From positions 10,845 through 74,844 of the forward strand of contig CACGTA010000002.1 in assembly GCA_902575815.1 (NCBI GenBank): 64,000 nucleotides of DNA. The letters are read 5' to 3'. Both the position numbers and the translations under genes were made by a program. Of the stretch, positions 1-10,156 are shown piece by piece. The notes under the pieces were generated by a model. The model ran no database searches. It saw only the letters and a list, made by a program, of their open reading frames with translations, and was not told the origin of the DNA. Source of the stretch: an uncultured Alphaproteobacteria bacterium. Its GTDB lineage: Bacteria; Pseudomonadota; Alphaproteobacteria; HIMB59; GCA-002718135. Within the stretch, counting starts at the first letter, position 1. Each line of letters starts with the position of its first letter.

Positions 1-1430
1 TTGATAATTAAAGAAATTAAAACTAGACCCTCAAATGAATATTTCCTTCTCTCTTTAATAAAAGCAGATTCAGAGTCGTAAAGATTTTTACCCTCAACAA
101 TTAACTTTCCAGTTTCAAATTTTTCTACAATTTTAGGTTCACCTGGTGCAATTTTGAGACATTTTCCATTTTCTAAAATTTTAGTAAATGGTACTTGAGA
201 TGAGTAAGATAATTGTTTATGTGCCTCTAGATGCATAGGTTCACCATGCACGGGAATAGATAAGTAAGGTTTTGTCCAATTATACATTTGTTTTATTTCA
301 TCTGCATAACCATGACCTGAAACATGTACTAAATCATCATCAGCAGTTACTATCTCAACTCTTTGTCTAATAAGTAAGTTCTTTAAATTATTTATTGATT
401 TTTCATTACCAGGAATATCTCTAGAGCTAAAAATTACTACATCTTCAGGCTCTAAATGTAAATGTTGATGAGAATTATAAGCTATTCTGAAAAGCGCAGA
501 TCTTTTTTCACCCTGACTTCCAGTACAAATTATGACTAAATTTTCTCTTGGTATATAAGATGCTTCATCTTCACTGATAAAAATTTCATCATCTGCAACA
601 TAACCACATTTTCTTGCTACTTCGATATTTTTTTTCATACTCCTACCAACAAGAGCGACCTTTCTTTTATTTTTTTTTGCTGCTTGAATAATATTTTTCA
701 TTCGTGCAATATTTGAAGAAAAACAGGTAACAACAATTCTATTTGAAAATCTTGAAAATATACTTTTCAATTCATCTCTAACATCACTTTCAGATTCTGA
801 TTTACCGGGCACATTTGCGTTAGTAGAGTCACCTATTAAGGCAAGTAATCCATCATTACCTAATTTTTCAAATTTTTCTTTTGAAAATGAGTCTCCTAAA
901 GTAGGTGAATGATCTATTTTCCAATCAGCAGTATGAAGTAATGATCCATATGTTGTTTTAATTACTATTGCAGTTGGTTCAGGAATTGAGTGTGTAGTTG
1001 GAATAAAACTTATATCAAAATTATTGAGTATTAATTTCTTGTCTAGATTAATCTCTTTTAAAGTAAATCCTTCTACTTTATTGAATTCTTTTAACCTATT
1101 TTCGATAAGAAATTTTGCAAATTTACTAGCATATACAGGACATTTAATTTTATTTGCTAAGAACGCAACAGCTCCTGCATGATCTTCATGACCATGGCTG
1201 ATAATAATAGCCTCGAGATTATCTTCTAAACTTTCAATTTGATCTATTTTTGGTACCAATAAATCTACACCAGGAAACTTTTCATCTGCAAATGAAAGAC
1301 CTAAATCTATCATTATCCATTTTCCATCACATCCGTAAAGATAACAATTTGCACCTATTTCTCCAATACCTCCAAGAGATAAAAAATGTAATCCTTCATT
1401 AAAATCATTTAGTTGTAAATTATTACTCAT
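1..1430 (-). CDS. rnj: Ribonuclease J (3' end runs off window)
   Basis: Not in ORF track. Minus-strand read from ATG at 1430 gives MSNNLQLNDFNEGLHFLSLGGIGEIGANC; metallo-beta-lactamase motif SHGHEDHAGA, plus GSQGE and HVSGHG. Usual position after nuoN-birA-coaX. Confidence 0.93.
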   Translation of the reverse strand, partial: MSNNLQLNDFNEGLHFLSLGGIGEIGANCYLYGCDGKWIMIDLGLSFADEKFPGVDLLVPKIDQIESLEDNLEAIIISHGHEDHAGAVAFLANKIKCPVYASKFAKFLIENRLKEFNKVEGFTLKEINLDKKLILNNFDISFIPTTHSIPEPTAIVIKTTYGSLLHTADWKIDHSPTLGDSFSKEKFEKLGNDGLLALIGDSTNANVPGKSESESDVRDELKSIFSRFSNRIVVTCFSSNIARMKNIIQAAKKNKRKVALVGRSMKKNIEVARKCGYVADDEIFISEDEASYIPRENLVIICTGSQGEKRSALFRIAYNSHQHLHLEPEDVVIFSSRDIPGNEKSINNLKNLLIRQRVEIVTADDDLVHVSGHGYADEIKQMYNWTKPYLSIPVHGEPMHLEAHKQLSYSSQVPFTKILENGKCLKIAPGEPKIVEKFETGKLIVEGKNLYDSESAFIKERRKYSFEGLVLISLII

Positions 1431-2184
1431 AAAAATGTTTATTACCGATTTCTTTTATTCCTTCTAATGTCAAATGTTCCATATATATAGGTTTATAAAT
1501 AATTTTATCCCTAAATATTTTACCTAGACCACCCGTAATATAGACTTTGGGCTTAAAGTTATTCTCCTTAAAAATTTGCTTTAATATGCCATTAATTGCA
1601 TGCAAATAACCAAAATAGAAACCTGATTGAATAGAAGCTGATGTATTATTATTAACAATTTTATTTGATTTTGAGATTTTTGAAGTTTTTATTAACTCAG
1701 CATTTTTTAAAAGTGTTTCCATTGAAAGATTTATTCCTGGAAAAATTAATCCACCTAAATATTGATTATTTTTAATAACATCAAAAGTAGTAGCTGTACC
1801 AAAGTCGAGAATTATACAGTCTTTGATTTTCTTACTATATACATAGGCATAGTTTGCTATTCGATCACTTCCAATTTGATTTAAATTATAATTGATACTA
1901 TTTTTAAATGATATTTTTTTGGGATTAATTACATAAAATTTGAATTTATTCTTTTGAAAAATATTTTTAAAAATTAAATTTAAAGAAGGTACAACAGAGG
2001 ACAAGATACAAAATCTATCTTTAAGATTATTAATCAACTTTTTGTTAGATTCAAAAAATTTATTTATATCTTTTTTTGTAATATTGATTTTTTTTTCTGT
2101 TTTTAATCTAATAGTTTTAATTAATTTATTTTTTGTATAAAAACCTATTACTATATTTGTATTACCTGCATCTATAACAATCAT
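1423..2184 (-). CDS. coaX: Type III pantothenate kinase
   Basis: IDAGNTNI, IGSDR, LDFGTATTFD, GGLIFPG and ITGG motifs. Confidence 0.93.
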   Translation of the reverse strand: MIVIDAGNTNIVIGFYTKNKLIKTIRLKTEKKINITKKDINKFFESNKKLINNLKDRFCILSSVVPSLNLIFKNIFQKNKFKFYVINPKKISFKNSINYNLNQIGSDRIANYAYVYSKKIKDCIILDFGTATTFDVIKNNQYLGGLIFPGINLSMETLLKNAELIKTSKISKSNKIVNNNTSASIQSGFYFGYLHAINGILKQIFKENNFKPKVYITGGLGKIFRDKIIYKPIYMEHLTLEGIKEIGNKHFYE

Positions 2185-2918
2185 TAAATTATTCTAGCAT
2201 TATATATATTTTCAAAATTAATATTATTTTTTAAAGTGATTGAACCATCTGGGTTAAGATTATGAAATATTCCTCGTTTTACATTTTGTTCATCAATTTT
2301 TAAATTAATATTGCTTCCTAAATATAATAATCTACTTTTATATTCAGTCATAATTTTTTCATGATTATTTAGTAGTTGTTTAAAATTGTTAAAATACTCT
2401 TCCATAATTTCATATACAAAATAAAAATTGTTAATTTCTTTATTGTATTTATTAATATTTGTTGTTGGATAATTTTCAATTTTTGGAGAAGATACTATAT
2501 TAACTCCAAAACCAGTATTTATATACTTATCGCTTTTGATACTAAATATTTCAGAAATTATTCCAGAAATTTTTTCTTTATTAATTAAAATATCATTTGG
2601 CCATTTAATTTGAGTTTTAACATTACAAATATTTTCAATCACAGAACAGATCATATTAGTAATAAAAGCATTATTTAAAAAATGATTTTCTATTGGCAAT
2701 ATATTTTTAGATAAAATAGAAATATAGACATTATTTTTTGGACTTTCCCAAGTTGTTCCCCTTCTTCCAAATCCTTTTTTTTGTTCATTTGCCATCAAAC
2801 ATATATTTCTATTATAAATAAGTTTTTTAACTTCTGACATTGTAGAGTCTACAGTTTCAATAAAATGAAAATCAAAATTGTTTTTATCTAATAGATTTTT
2901 AATTTTATCTAATGACAT
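2184..2918 (-). CDS. birA: Biotin--acetyl-CoA-carboxylase ligase (monofunctional)
   Basis: VDSTM, QKKGFGRRGTTWESP, KWPNDIL and KISGII motifs; no N-terminal HTH. Confidence 0.92.
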   Translation of the reverse strand: MSLDKIKNLLDKNNFDFHFIETVDSTMSEVKKLIYNRNICLMANEQKKGFGRRGTTWESPKNNVYISILSKNILPIENHFLNNAFITNMICSVIENICNVKTQIKWPNDILINKEKISGIISEIFSIKSDKYINTGFGVNIVSSPKIENYPTTNINKYNKEINNFYFVYEIMEEYFNNFKQLLNNHEKIMTEYKSRLLYLGSNINLKIDEQNVKRGIFHNLNPDGSITLKNNINFENIYNARII

Positions 2919-2921
2919 TAA

Positions 2922-4358
2922 TCAAATGGTCAAACTTGCAGATATATTAATCAATAAAGACGGGTAAAATATAAAACAAATAATTACAAATAAACTTAAG
3001 GATAAAATAATTTTTGATTGAAAAGAAATTTGAAAATTAATTATTCCTTCACTTTTAATTTCATCAAAATACATTATCTTAATAATTCTTAAATAATAAA
3101 AAGCAGAAATTACACTAGCTAGGACACCAAGAACTGAAAGTACATATAATTCTTGTTCAATTGCTGCTATGAAAACATAAAACTTTCCAAAAAATCCTAT
3201 AAATGGGGGGATACCAGCCATAGATAGCATTATTATTGAAATAGAAAGACTAACGATTGGATTACTTTTACTTAATCCTTTTAAATCACTTATATTAATT
3301 AAATATTCATTTTTAACTTTTAATGAAAGTAAAATAGCAAAAATAGCAACATTCATTATCATGTATGAAAACATGTAAATTGATGCTGCTTTAATTCCAT
3401 CATCATTTGCAGCAACTAAAGCGATTAAGATATAACCTATATGTCCGATAGAACTATAAGCTAATAATCTTTTAATATTTGACTGTGCTATAGCCGCTAT
3501 AGCTCCAAGAAACATTGAGGCTATTGATAAAAATAAAATTATTTGACTCCATTCTAAGTAAAAATTTTCAAACGGAACTAAGCAAAAACGATAAATTAAA
3601 GCTACTGCAGCAATCTTAGGAACAATAGCAAAAAAACCTGTAATTGAGTTTGGGGCTCCTTCATAAACATCGGGAGTCCACATATGGAAAGGTACGGCTG
3701 AAACCTTAAAAGCCAAGCCTACCATCACAAATACAAGCCCAAATATTAAACCTAAATTTAAATTTTCATACTTTGATAAATAGAAACTTATATCATCAAA
3801 ATTCATTGAACCAGTAAATCCATAAATTAAGGAGAAACCATACAAAAGTATACCAGAGGATAATGCTCCTAAAATAAAGTATTTTACACCTGACTCAGCT
3901 GATGAGATTGAATCTCTTTTTATTGCTGCAGCAACATATAGAGATAAACTTTGTAGTTCTATTGCTAGATACATGGACATAAGATTATTTGAAGCAATCA
4001 TTAACATCATCCCAAGTGTTGAAAATAATAATAAAATAGGAATTTCAAAATTTTTTAGCTTAATGCCTAAGAAATAATCTTTAGAAATGATGATACTAGC
4101 TATAGATCCTAATAAAGCTAAAATTTTAAAAAAATTTATAAAAGAAGAGTGGCTAAATAAACTTTTATAATTTGCAAAATTTGATTCATTATCATAGTAA
4201 ACAAGCAAAATTGTCAATAATAAAACGAAAACTGCTAGATTGGAAGTTTGTCTAAATGCATTCTTTTTTAAAAAAAGGCCAAAAAGTAAGCAAACAAAAG
4301 AAGAGCATGCTAAAAAAATTTCAGGTATAAAAAAAATATTGTAAATATTATTTAGCAT
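2922..4358 (-). CDS. nuoN: NADH-quinone oxidoreductase subunit N
   Basis: AIELQSLSLY, FKVSAVPFHMWTPDVYEGAP, KRLLAYSSIGH; operon position. Confidence 0.97.
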   Translation of the reverse strand: MLNNIYNIFFIPEIFLACSSFVCLLFGLFLKKNAFRQTSNLAVFVLLLTILLVYYDNESNFANYKSLFSHSSFINFFKILALLGSIASIIISKDYFLGIKLKNFEIPILLLFSTLGMMLMIASNNLMSMYLAIELQSLSLYVAAAIKRDSISSAESGVKYFILGALSSGILLYGFSLIYGFTGSMNFDDISFYLSKYENLNLGLIFGLVFVMVGLAFKVSAVPFHMWTPDVYEGAPNSITGFFAIVPKIAAVALIYRFCLVPFENFYLEWSQIILFLSIASMFLGAIAAIAQSNIKRLLAYSSIGHIGYILIALVAANDDGIKAASIYMFSYMIMNVAIFAILLSLKVKNEYLINISDLKGLSKSNPIVSLSISIIMLSMAGIPPFIGFFGKFYVFIAAIEQELYVLSVLGVLASVISAFYYLRIIKIMYFDEIKSEGIINFQISFQSKIILSLSLFVIICFIFYPSLLINISASLTI

Positions 4359-5832
4359 TGGCTATTTCATAGTTTGTTATAATTAGTTCAAGTGATAATC
4401 TCATAGGATCTAAAAATAGATTTGGGAATATACCTAGTAATATTACTGAAATTGCTAAAGGAATTAATATGATTTTCTCTCTTGTGTTTATATCTAAAAT
4501 ATCTGCAAGTTTATTATTAGATATGGTGCCAAAAATAATTCTTTTATAAAGGTATAGCATGTAAACAGCGGATAATATTATTCCAAAAGCCGCGCCAATA
4601 ACAACATAACTTGAAAATTTAAATGCGCCAACAATTACTAAAAATTCTCCAATAAAACCACTAGTCCCAGGTAATCCGACTGATCCCAGCATAAAAATCA
4701 TGAATACTGTTGCATAAAGTGGCATTCTTTGAACTAATCCTCCATAAAATTCAATTTCTCTAGTATGCATTCGATCATAAATAACACCAACGCATAAAAA
4801 TAAAGCTGCTGAAACTAGTCCATGACTAATCATTTGCATCATTGCTCCTTCTAAACCTTGTTGATTCACTAAGAAAATTCCAATTGTTACAATTCCCATA
4901 TGAGCAACAGATGAATATGCAATTAGTTTTTTAATATCAGTTTGTGCTAGTGCTACTAAGGAAGTGTATACTATGGCAACTATACTTAATGTCATAATTA
5001 AAGGAATAAAAAACTCTGTTGCTTCTGGGAGCATGCCTAAAGAGAAACGGATAAAACCATATCCACCCATTTTTAAAAGTACTCCGGCTAAAATAACAGA
5101 TCCAGCTGTTGGAGCTTCAACATGGGCATCAGGCAACCATGTATGAAACGGCCACATAGGAATTTTAACTGCAAAGGAAGCAAAGAAGGCGAGCCATAGA
5201 AACAATTGAGTATTATAGGAAAAATAATTACCTTGTAAGAATTCAATACTCATTGAACTTGTATTTCTATACATCACAATAATAGCAATCAACATGAGTA
5301 CTGACCCCAAAAGAGTATAGAGAAAGAATTTAAAAGAAGCATAGATTCTTCTATTACCTCCCCATATACCTATGATTAGATACATTGGTATTAATACTGC
5401 TTCAAAAAAAATATAAAATAAAAGTATGTCTATAGAAGCAAACATTCCAATCATTACAGTCTCTAAAAATAAAAAAGAAAGCATGTATTCCTTGACTCTT
5501 TTTTTTATATTACTCCAACTAGCTAAAATACAAAGTGGGGTCAAAAATGTACTTAGTAAAATCATAAAAAGTGAGATACCGTCAACTCCAACATGGTAGA
5601 AGAAATTAAAATCATCAAACCATCTAAATTTTTCTTCATATTGATAAGACGGATTGGAATAATCAAATTGTAACCAGAGTATTAAACTTAAAATAAATGT
5701 TCCTAATGTTGCTAGCAAAGCAGCCCACTTAATATTAATTGATGTTAATTCATCTTCTTTAATAAAAAGAATAATTAAAGCACCAATTAAAGGTAAAAAA
5801 ATTATTACTGATACTAATGGCCAGTCAATCAT
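4348..5832 (-). CDS. nuoM: NADH-quinone oxidoreductase subunit M
   Basis: KIPMWPFHTWLPDAHVEAPTAGSV, KKLIAYSSVAHMG. Confidence 0.97.
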   Translation of the reverse strand: MIDWPLVSVIIFLPLIGALIILFIKEDELTSINIKWAALLATLGTFILSLILWLQFDYSNPSYQYEEKFRWFDDFNFFYHVGVDGISLFMILLSTFLTPLCILASWSNIKKRVKEYMLSFLFLETVMIGMFASIDILLFYIFFEAVLIPMYLIIGIWGGNRRIYASFKFFLYTLLGSVLMLIAIIVMYRNTSSMSIEFLQGNYFSYNTQLFLWLAFFASFAVKIPMWPFHTWLPDAHVEAPTAGSVILAGVLLKMGGYGFIRFSLGMLPEATEFFIPLIMTLSIVAIVYTSLVALAQTDIKKLIAYSSVAHMGIVTIGIFLVNQQGLEGAMMQMISHGLVSAALFLCVGVIYDRMHTREIEFYGGLVQRMPLYATVFMIFMLGSVGLPGTSGFIGEFLVIVGAFKFSSYVVIGAAFGIILSAVYMLYLYKRIIFGTISNNKLADILDINTREKIILIPLAISVILLGIFPNLFLDPMRLSLELIITNYEIANAK

Positions 5833-7740
5833 TTAGTAATATAAAAACCATGTTAAAATTATTACTAAGCCTCCAAGCATAGCAAAAGCATAATGAAACA
5901 AATACCCTGATTGAAACAAACTTACATAAGATGAAGATTTTGAAATAATCCAGGAGACCCCGTTTGGTCCTAAACCATCAATAGTTTTTTCATCCCCTCT
6001 TTTCCAGAAAAAGTTTGCTAATTTGAAAAAAGTTAAAACAAATACTTTATGATATAGCTCATCCACATACCATTTATTTTTAGAAAGAGAATATAAAGGA
6101 TCTAAGTTATAAGAAAGATTTTTTGCTCTGTTTAAATTATTTGAATATATCAACACACAGACAAGGATTCCAATTGCAACAGCAGATTTTGATATTAGTG
6201 ATTGCGTAAGAGGAAGATATTTATGAGAACTTTCTGTTAGTAATATTGCATTATCCCAAAATTCTTTTTTGTAATATCCAATAAAATAATCAGCAAAGAA
6301 TATTCCAGAAAAAATAGAACCAGTTGCAAGAATAAATAATGGAACTGTCATCACTAAAGGTGATTCATGGGCGTGATCATATGTTTTACTATTTGATCTA
6401 TTTTCACCATGAAATGTTAGGAATAATAATCTCCATGAATAAAAAGCAGTAAGTAAAGCAGTTAAAATACCTACTAAATATGCAAAGTATGCTATTCCAT
6501 TTGAAGCATAGAAAGCATTTTCTAAAATACTTTCTTTTGAATAGTAACCAGATAGATATGGGAAACCAATAATTGCAAGAGATCCAATCCACATCATTGT
6601 AGCAGTAAAAGGTATTTTTTTATAAAGTCCCCCCATTTTTCTCATATCCTGTTCATGATGCATTGCGTGAATTACAGAACCTGCAGAAAGAAATAGAAGA
6701 GCTTTAAAAAAGGCATGGGTTGTTAAGTGAAATATTGATGCATTATAAGCTCCTACACCTGCTGCAAAAAACATATATCCTAATTGACTGCATGTTGAAT
6801 ATGCAATAACTCTTTTAATATCATTTTGCGTTAAGGCTATAGAGGCAGCAAAAATAGCTGTGGCCGCACCAATAAAAGTAATGAATAAATTTGTAAATGT
6901 AGCAAATTCATAAAGAGGACTCATTCTTGCAACTAAGAATACACCAGCTGTTACCATTGTTGCAGCATGTATTAGTGCAGATACAGGAGTAGGCCCCTCC
7001 ATAGCATCTGGCAACCAGGTGTGTAAACCTAGTTGGGCAGATTTACCCATTGCACCTATGAATAAAAGAAAACATAAAAAATCTAAAGTTGGAAAACTAA
7101 ATGAAAGAAATTGAATTTGATGATCACTAAATTGATCCACTTGTAAAAATATACTGTCGAAACTTACTGTGCCAAATATATAAAAAATTCCAGCAATTCC
7201 AATTGCGTATCCAAAATCTCCAACTCTGTTTACAACAAATGCTTTTATAGCAGCTTTATTTGCTGAATCTTTATAGTGCCAAAAACCAATTAATAAATAT
7301 GAGGCTAGCCCAACACCTTCCCAACCAAAAAACATTTGCAGCAAGTTATTACTTGATACAAGAACAAGCATAAAAAAAGTAAATAAGCTTAGATAACCCA
7401 TAAATCTTATTTTTGATGGATCTTCTTCCATATAACCTATTGAATATAAATGAACACAAGCAGAAACAGTCGTAACCACAATGAACATCACAGCAGTTAA
7501 AGTGTCTAATCTAATTGACCAATCAGCAATAAAGTTTCCAGAAGTTATCCAGTTAAGGATAAAGATTATTTCAGTTTCCTTATTATTAATAAACTGAATA
7601 AATATTATCCAAGAAAATAAAGTACAAAGAAAAAGGATTGAAGTTGTTGATATTTGATAAACCCTATAGTTAAACTGTTTACCTAGTAAAAAACAAAAAA
7701 GAAAACCAAGTAGAGGTAAAAATATAATTGAGGTTGCCAT
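5833..7740 (-). CDS. nuoL: NADH-quinone oxidoreductase subunit L
   Basis: GKSAQLGLHTWLPDAMEGPTPVSALIHAATMV, THAFFKALLF. Confidence 0.97.
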   Translation of the reverse strand: MATSIIFLPLLGFLFCFLLGKQFNYRVYQISTTSILFLCTLFSWIIFIQFINNKETEIIFILNWITSGNFIADWSIRLDTLTAVMFIVVTTVSACVHLYSIGYMEEDPSKIRFMGYLSLFTFFMLVLVSSNNLLQMFFGWEGVGLASYLLIGFWHYKDSANKAAIKAFVVNRVGDFGYAIGIAGIFYIFGTVSFDSIFLQVDQFSDHQIQFLSFSFPTLDFLCFLLFIGAMGKSAQLGLHTWLPDAMEGPTPVSALIHAATMVTAGVFLVARMSPLYEFATFTNLFITFIGAATAIFAASIALTQNDIKRVIAYSTCSQLGYMFFAAGVGAYNASIFHLTTHAFFKALLFLSAGSVIHAMHHEQDMRKMGGLYKKIPFTATMMWIGSLAIIGFPYLSGYYSKESILENAFYASNGIAYFAYLVGILTALLTAFYSWRLLFLTFHGENRSNSKTYDHAHESPLVMTVPLFILATGSIFSGIFFADYFIGYYKKEFWDNAILLTESSHKYLPLTQSLISKSAVAIGILVCVLIYSNNLNRAKNLSYNLDPLYSLSKNKWYVDELYHKVFVLTFFKLANFFWKRGDEKTIDGLGPNGVSWIISKSSSYVSLFQSGYLFHYAFAMLGGLVIILTWFLYY

Positions 7741-7743
7741 CTA

Positions 7744-8049
7744 CTATCCCTTAAGCTGATTAATTTTATTTACTTCTATTGATCCTAAATTTCTAAAAAA
7801 TACTACAAGTATGGCGAGTCCAATTGCTGCTTCAGCTGCTGCAACTGTAAGTGTAAGCATTGCGAAGATTTGCCCTGAAATATCATTAATATACGCTGAG
7901 AAAGCAATAAAATTAATATTTACTGACAACAAGATGAGTTCTATAGACATTAAAATTATAATTAAGTTTTTCTTATTTAAAAATATTCCTAAAACACCTA
8001 AGGTAAAAATAATTGCGCCAAGAAAAAGATAGTGCTCAAGAGTAATCAT
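7744..8049 (-). CDS. nuoK: NADH-quinone oxidoreductase subunit K
   Basis: [21 protein letters not shown]. Confidence 0.97.
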   Translation of the reverse strand: MITLEHYLFLGAIIFTLGVLGIFLNKKNLIIILMSIELILLSVNINFIAFSAYINDISGQIFAMLTLTVAAAEAAIGLAILVVFFRNLGSIEVNKINQLKG

Positions 8050-8052
8050 TAA

Positions 8053-8664
8053 TTAAATTCCTTCGCCTATTTTTACTTTTTTCTTTTCTATAGCTGTTGA
8101 TGCATCAACTGTATTTTGAGAATCTATATTTTGCCTTTTAACGCCACCTTTATCTCTTAATGTAAGTGTAATAGAGCCAATCATTGCAACTAATAAAATT
8201 ATCCCACATATTTGAAATAAATAAAAATATTCAGTGTAGAGTATTTGCCCAATCATTTTTGTATTCTCCAATTCACTAACTATAGGTTGTAATGGTATTT
8301 GATTGTTGTAAATATTAGACGACCTATCAGTTAAAAAAAGTATTCCAAGTTCAATTACTAGAACTATCCCTAATAATGCTCCAAAAGGTAAATATTGCAA
8401 AAAACCTTCTCTCAACTTTACAAAATTTATATCAAGCATCATTACAACAAATAGAAAAAGGACTGCAACAGCACCAACATATACAACGACAAGGATCATT
8501 GCCAAAAATTCAGCACCTAATAAAACAAAGAGTCCTGATGCGTTAACAAAGCTTAAAATTAAAAACAAAACTGAATGAACTGGATTTTTTGCGCTTATAA
8601 CCATTAGAGCAGAAAGAACTGCAACAGATGAAAAAAGATAAAATGTTAATGAATAAAGAACCAT
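8053..8664 (-). CDS. nuoJ: NADH-quinone oxidoreductase subunit J
   Basis: KNPVHSVLFLI, VYVGAVAVLFLFVVMML. Confidence 0.97.
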   Translation of the reverse strand: MVLYSLTFYLFSSVAVLSALMVISAKNPVHSVLFLILSFVNASGLFVLLGAEFLAMILVVVYVGAVAVLFLFVVMMLDINFVKLREGFLQYLPFGALLGIVLVIELGILFLTDRSSNIYNNQIPLQPIVSELENTKMIGQILYTEYFYLFQICGIILLVAMIGSITLTLRDKGGVKRQNIDSQNTVDASTAIEKKKVKIGEGI

Positions 8665-8666
8665 TC

Positions 8667-9146
8667 CTATCTGTATTTTCTATCGAGATGAATATTTTGA
8701 GCAATTTCTTGCTCCCATCTATCTCCATTTTCTAAAAGTTTATCTTTATTATAAATTAATTCTTCTCTCGTTTCAGTGGCAAATTCAAAATTTGGTCCTT
8801 CGACTATTGCATCAACTGGGCAAGATTCTTGACATAAACCACAGTAAATACATTTAGTCATATCTATATCATATCTTGTTGTTCTTCTGCTTCCATCCTC
8901 TCTTGGCTCTGCTTCAATTGTAATTGCCTGAGCAGGACATACTGCTTCACAAAGCTTACATGCTATACATCTTTCTTCCCCACTTGGATATCTTCTCAGA
9001 GCATGTTCACCCCTAAAACGTGGGCTTAATGGACCTTTTTCATGAGGATAATTTATTGTAACTTTAGATTTAAATATGTATTTGAAAGTTAAAAATAGTC
9101 CTTGAAATAATTCAAATAAAGTAAAAGATTTGATAAGTTTATACAT
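8667..9146 (-). CDS. nuoI: NADH-quinone oxidoreductase subunit I
   Basis: Two ferredoxin motifs [12 protein letters not shown] and [12 protein letters not shown]. Start moved to ATG at 9146 (MYKLIK) to avoid overlap with nuoH. Confidence 0.96.
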   Translation of the reverse strand: MYKLIKSFTLFELFQGLFLTFKYIFKSKVTINYPHEKGPLSPRFRGEHALRRYPSGEERCIACKLCEAVCPAQAITIEAEPREDGSRRTTRYDIDMTKCIYCGLCQESCPVDAIVEGPNFEFATETREELIYNKDKLLENGDRWEQEIAQNIHLDRKYR

Positions 9147-9147
9147 A

Positions 9148-10149
9148 TTAATTTGGCAGCATGTCAAAATATACTAAAAAACCAGAAGTTGCCACAACCC
9201 AAAACAAAGAAAATGGTAGAAAAACTTTCCATCCAAGTCTCATTAACTGATCATATCTATATCTTGGGAAAGTTCCTCTAACCCAAATAAATAAAAATAA
9301 TATAAATATTACTTTCAAAGTAAACCAGATTACTCCAGGAACAACATTTAATGGGTATACATCAAATGGAGGAAGCCATCCGCCTAAAAAAAGAATGACA
9401 GTCATAGAAGACATTAAAATCATACTCGCGTATTCACCTAAAAAAAATAATACAAATGAAGCAGATGAATATTCAGTAAAAAATCCTGCAACAAGTGTTG
9501 ATTCATCTTCAGGAAGATCAAAAGGTAATCTATTTGTTTCAGCTAACGCAGAAATAAAAAAAATAATGAACATAGGTAATAATGGAATTGCAAACCATAC
9601 AGTCTGCTGAGCTAAAACTATCTTTGATAAATTTAAAGAACCTACACATAATAGTACTGTAATTATTACAAATCCAATTGATACTTCATATGAAACCATT
9701 TGAGCAGCTGATCTTAATGCTCCTAGAAAAGGATATTGAGAGTTACTAGCCCAACCAGCCATAATTATTCCGTATACTCCAAGAGATGATACTGCAAACA
9801 GATACATGATACCTACGTTAATATCAGAGACTACCCATCCTGGAGCAAAAGGTATTACTGCCCAACCTGCTAAGCTAAGTACCATTGTTATTATGGGTGC
9901 TAAAATAAAAACAATTTTATTTGATCCACTAGGTATAATATTTTCTTTAGTAATAAGTTTTAATGCATCAGCAAAGCTTTGTAATATACCAAAAGGCCCT
10001 ACTATATTTGGACCTCTTCTTAATTGAATTAATGCTAAAACTTTTCTTTCAGCATAAACTAAAAAAGCTACAGATATTAAAACTGGCACAACAACAGCAA
10101 GTATTTGGGCAATGATTATTAACCCTGTAATTAATATATCATAAGTCAT
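9148..10149 (-). CDS. nuoH: NADH-quinone oxidoreductase subunit H
   Basis: [46 protein letters not shown]. Confidence 0.97.
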   Translation of the reverse strand: MTYDILITGLIIIAQILAVVVPVLISVAFLVYAERKVLALIQLRRGPNIVGPFGILQSFADALKLITKENIIPSGSNKIVFILAPIITMVLSLAGWAVIPFAPGWVVSDINVGIMYLFAVSSLGVYGIIMAGWASNSQYPFLGALRSAAQMVSYEVSIGFVIITVLLCVGSLNLSKIVLAQQTVWFAIPLLPMFIIFFISALAETNRLPFDLPEDESTLVAGFFTEYSSASFVLFFLGEYASMILMSSMTVILFLGGWLPPFDVYPLNVVPGVIWFTLKVIFILFLFIWVRGTFPRYRYDQLMRLGWKVFLPFSLFWVVATSGFLVYFDMLPN

Positions 10150-10156
10150 CTAATTA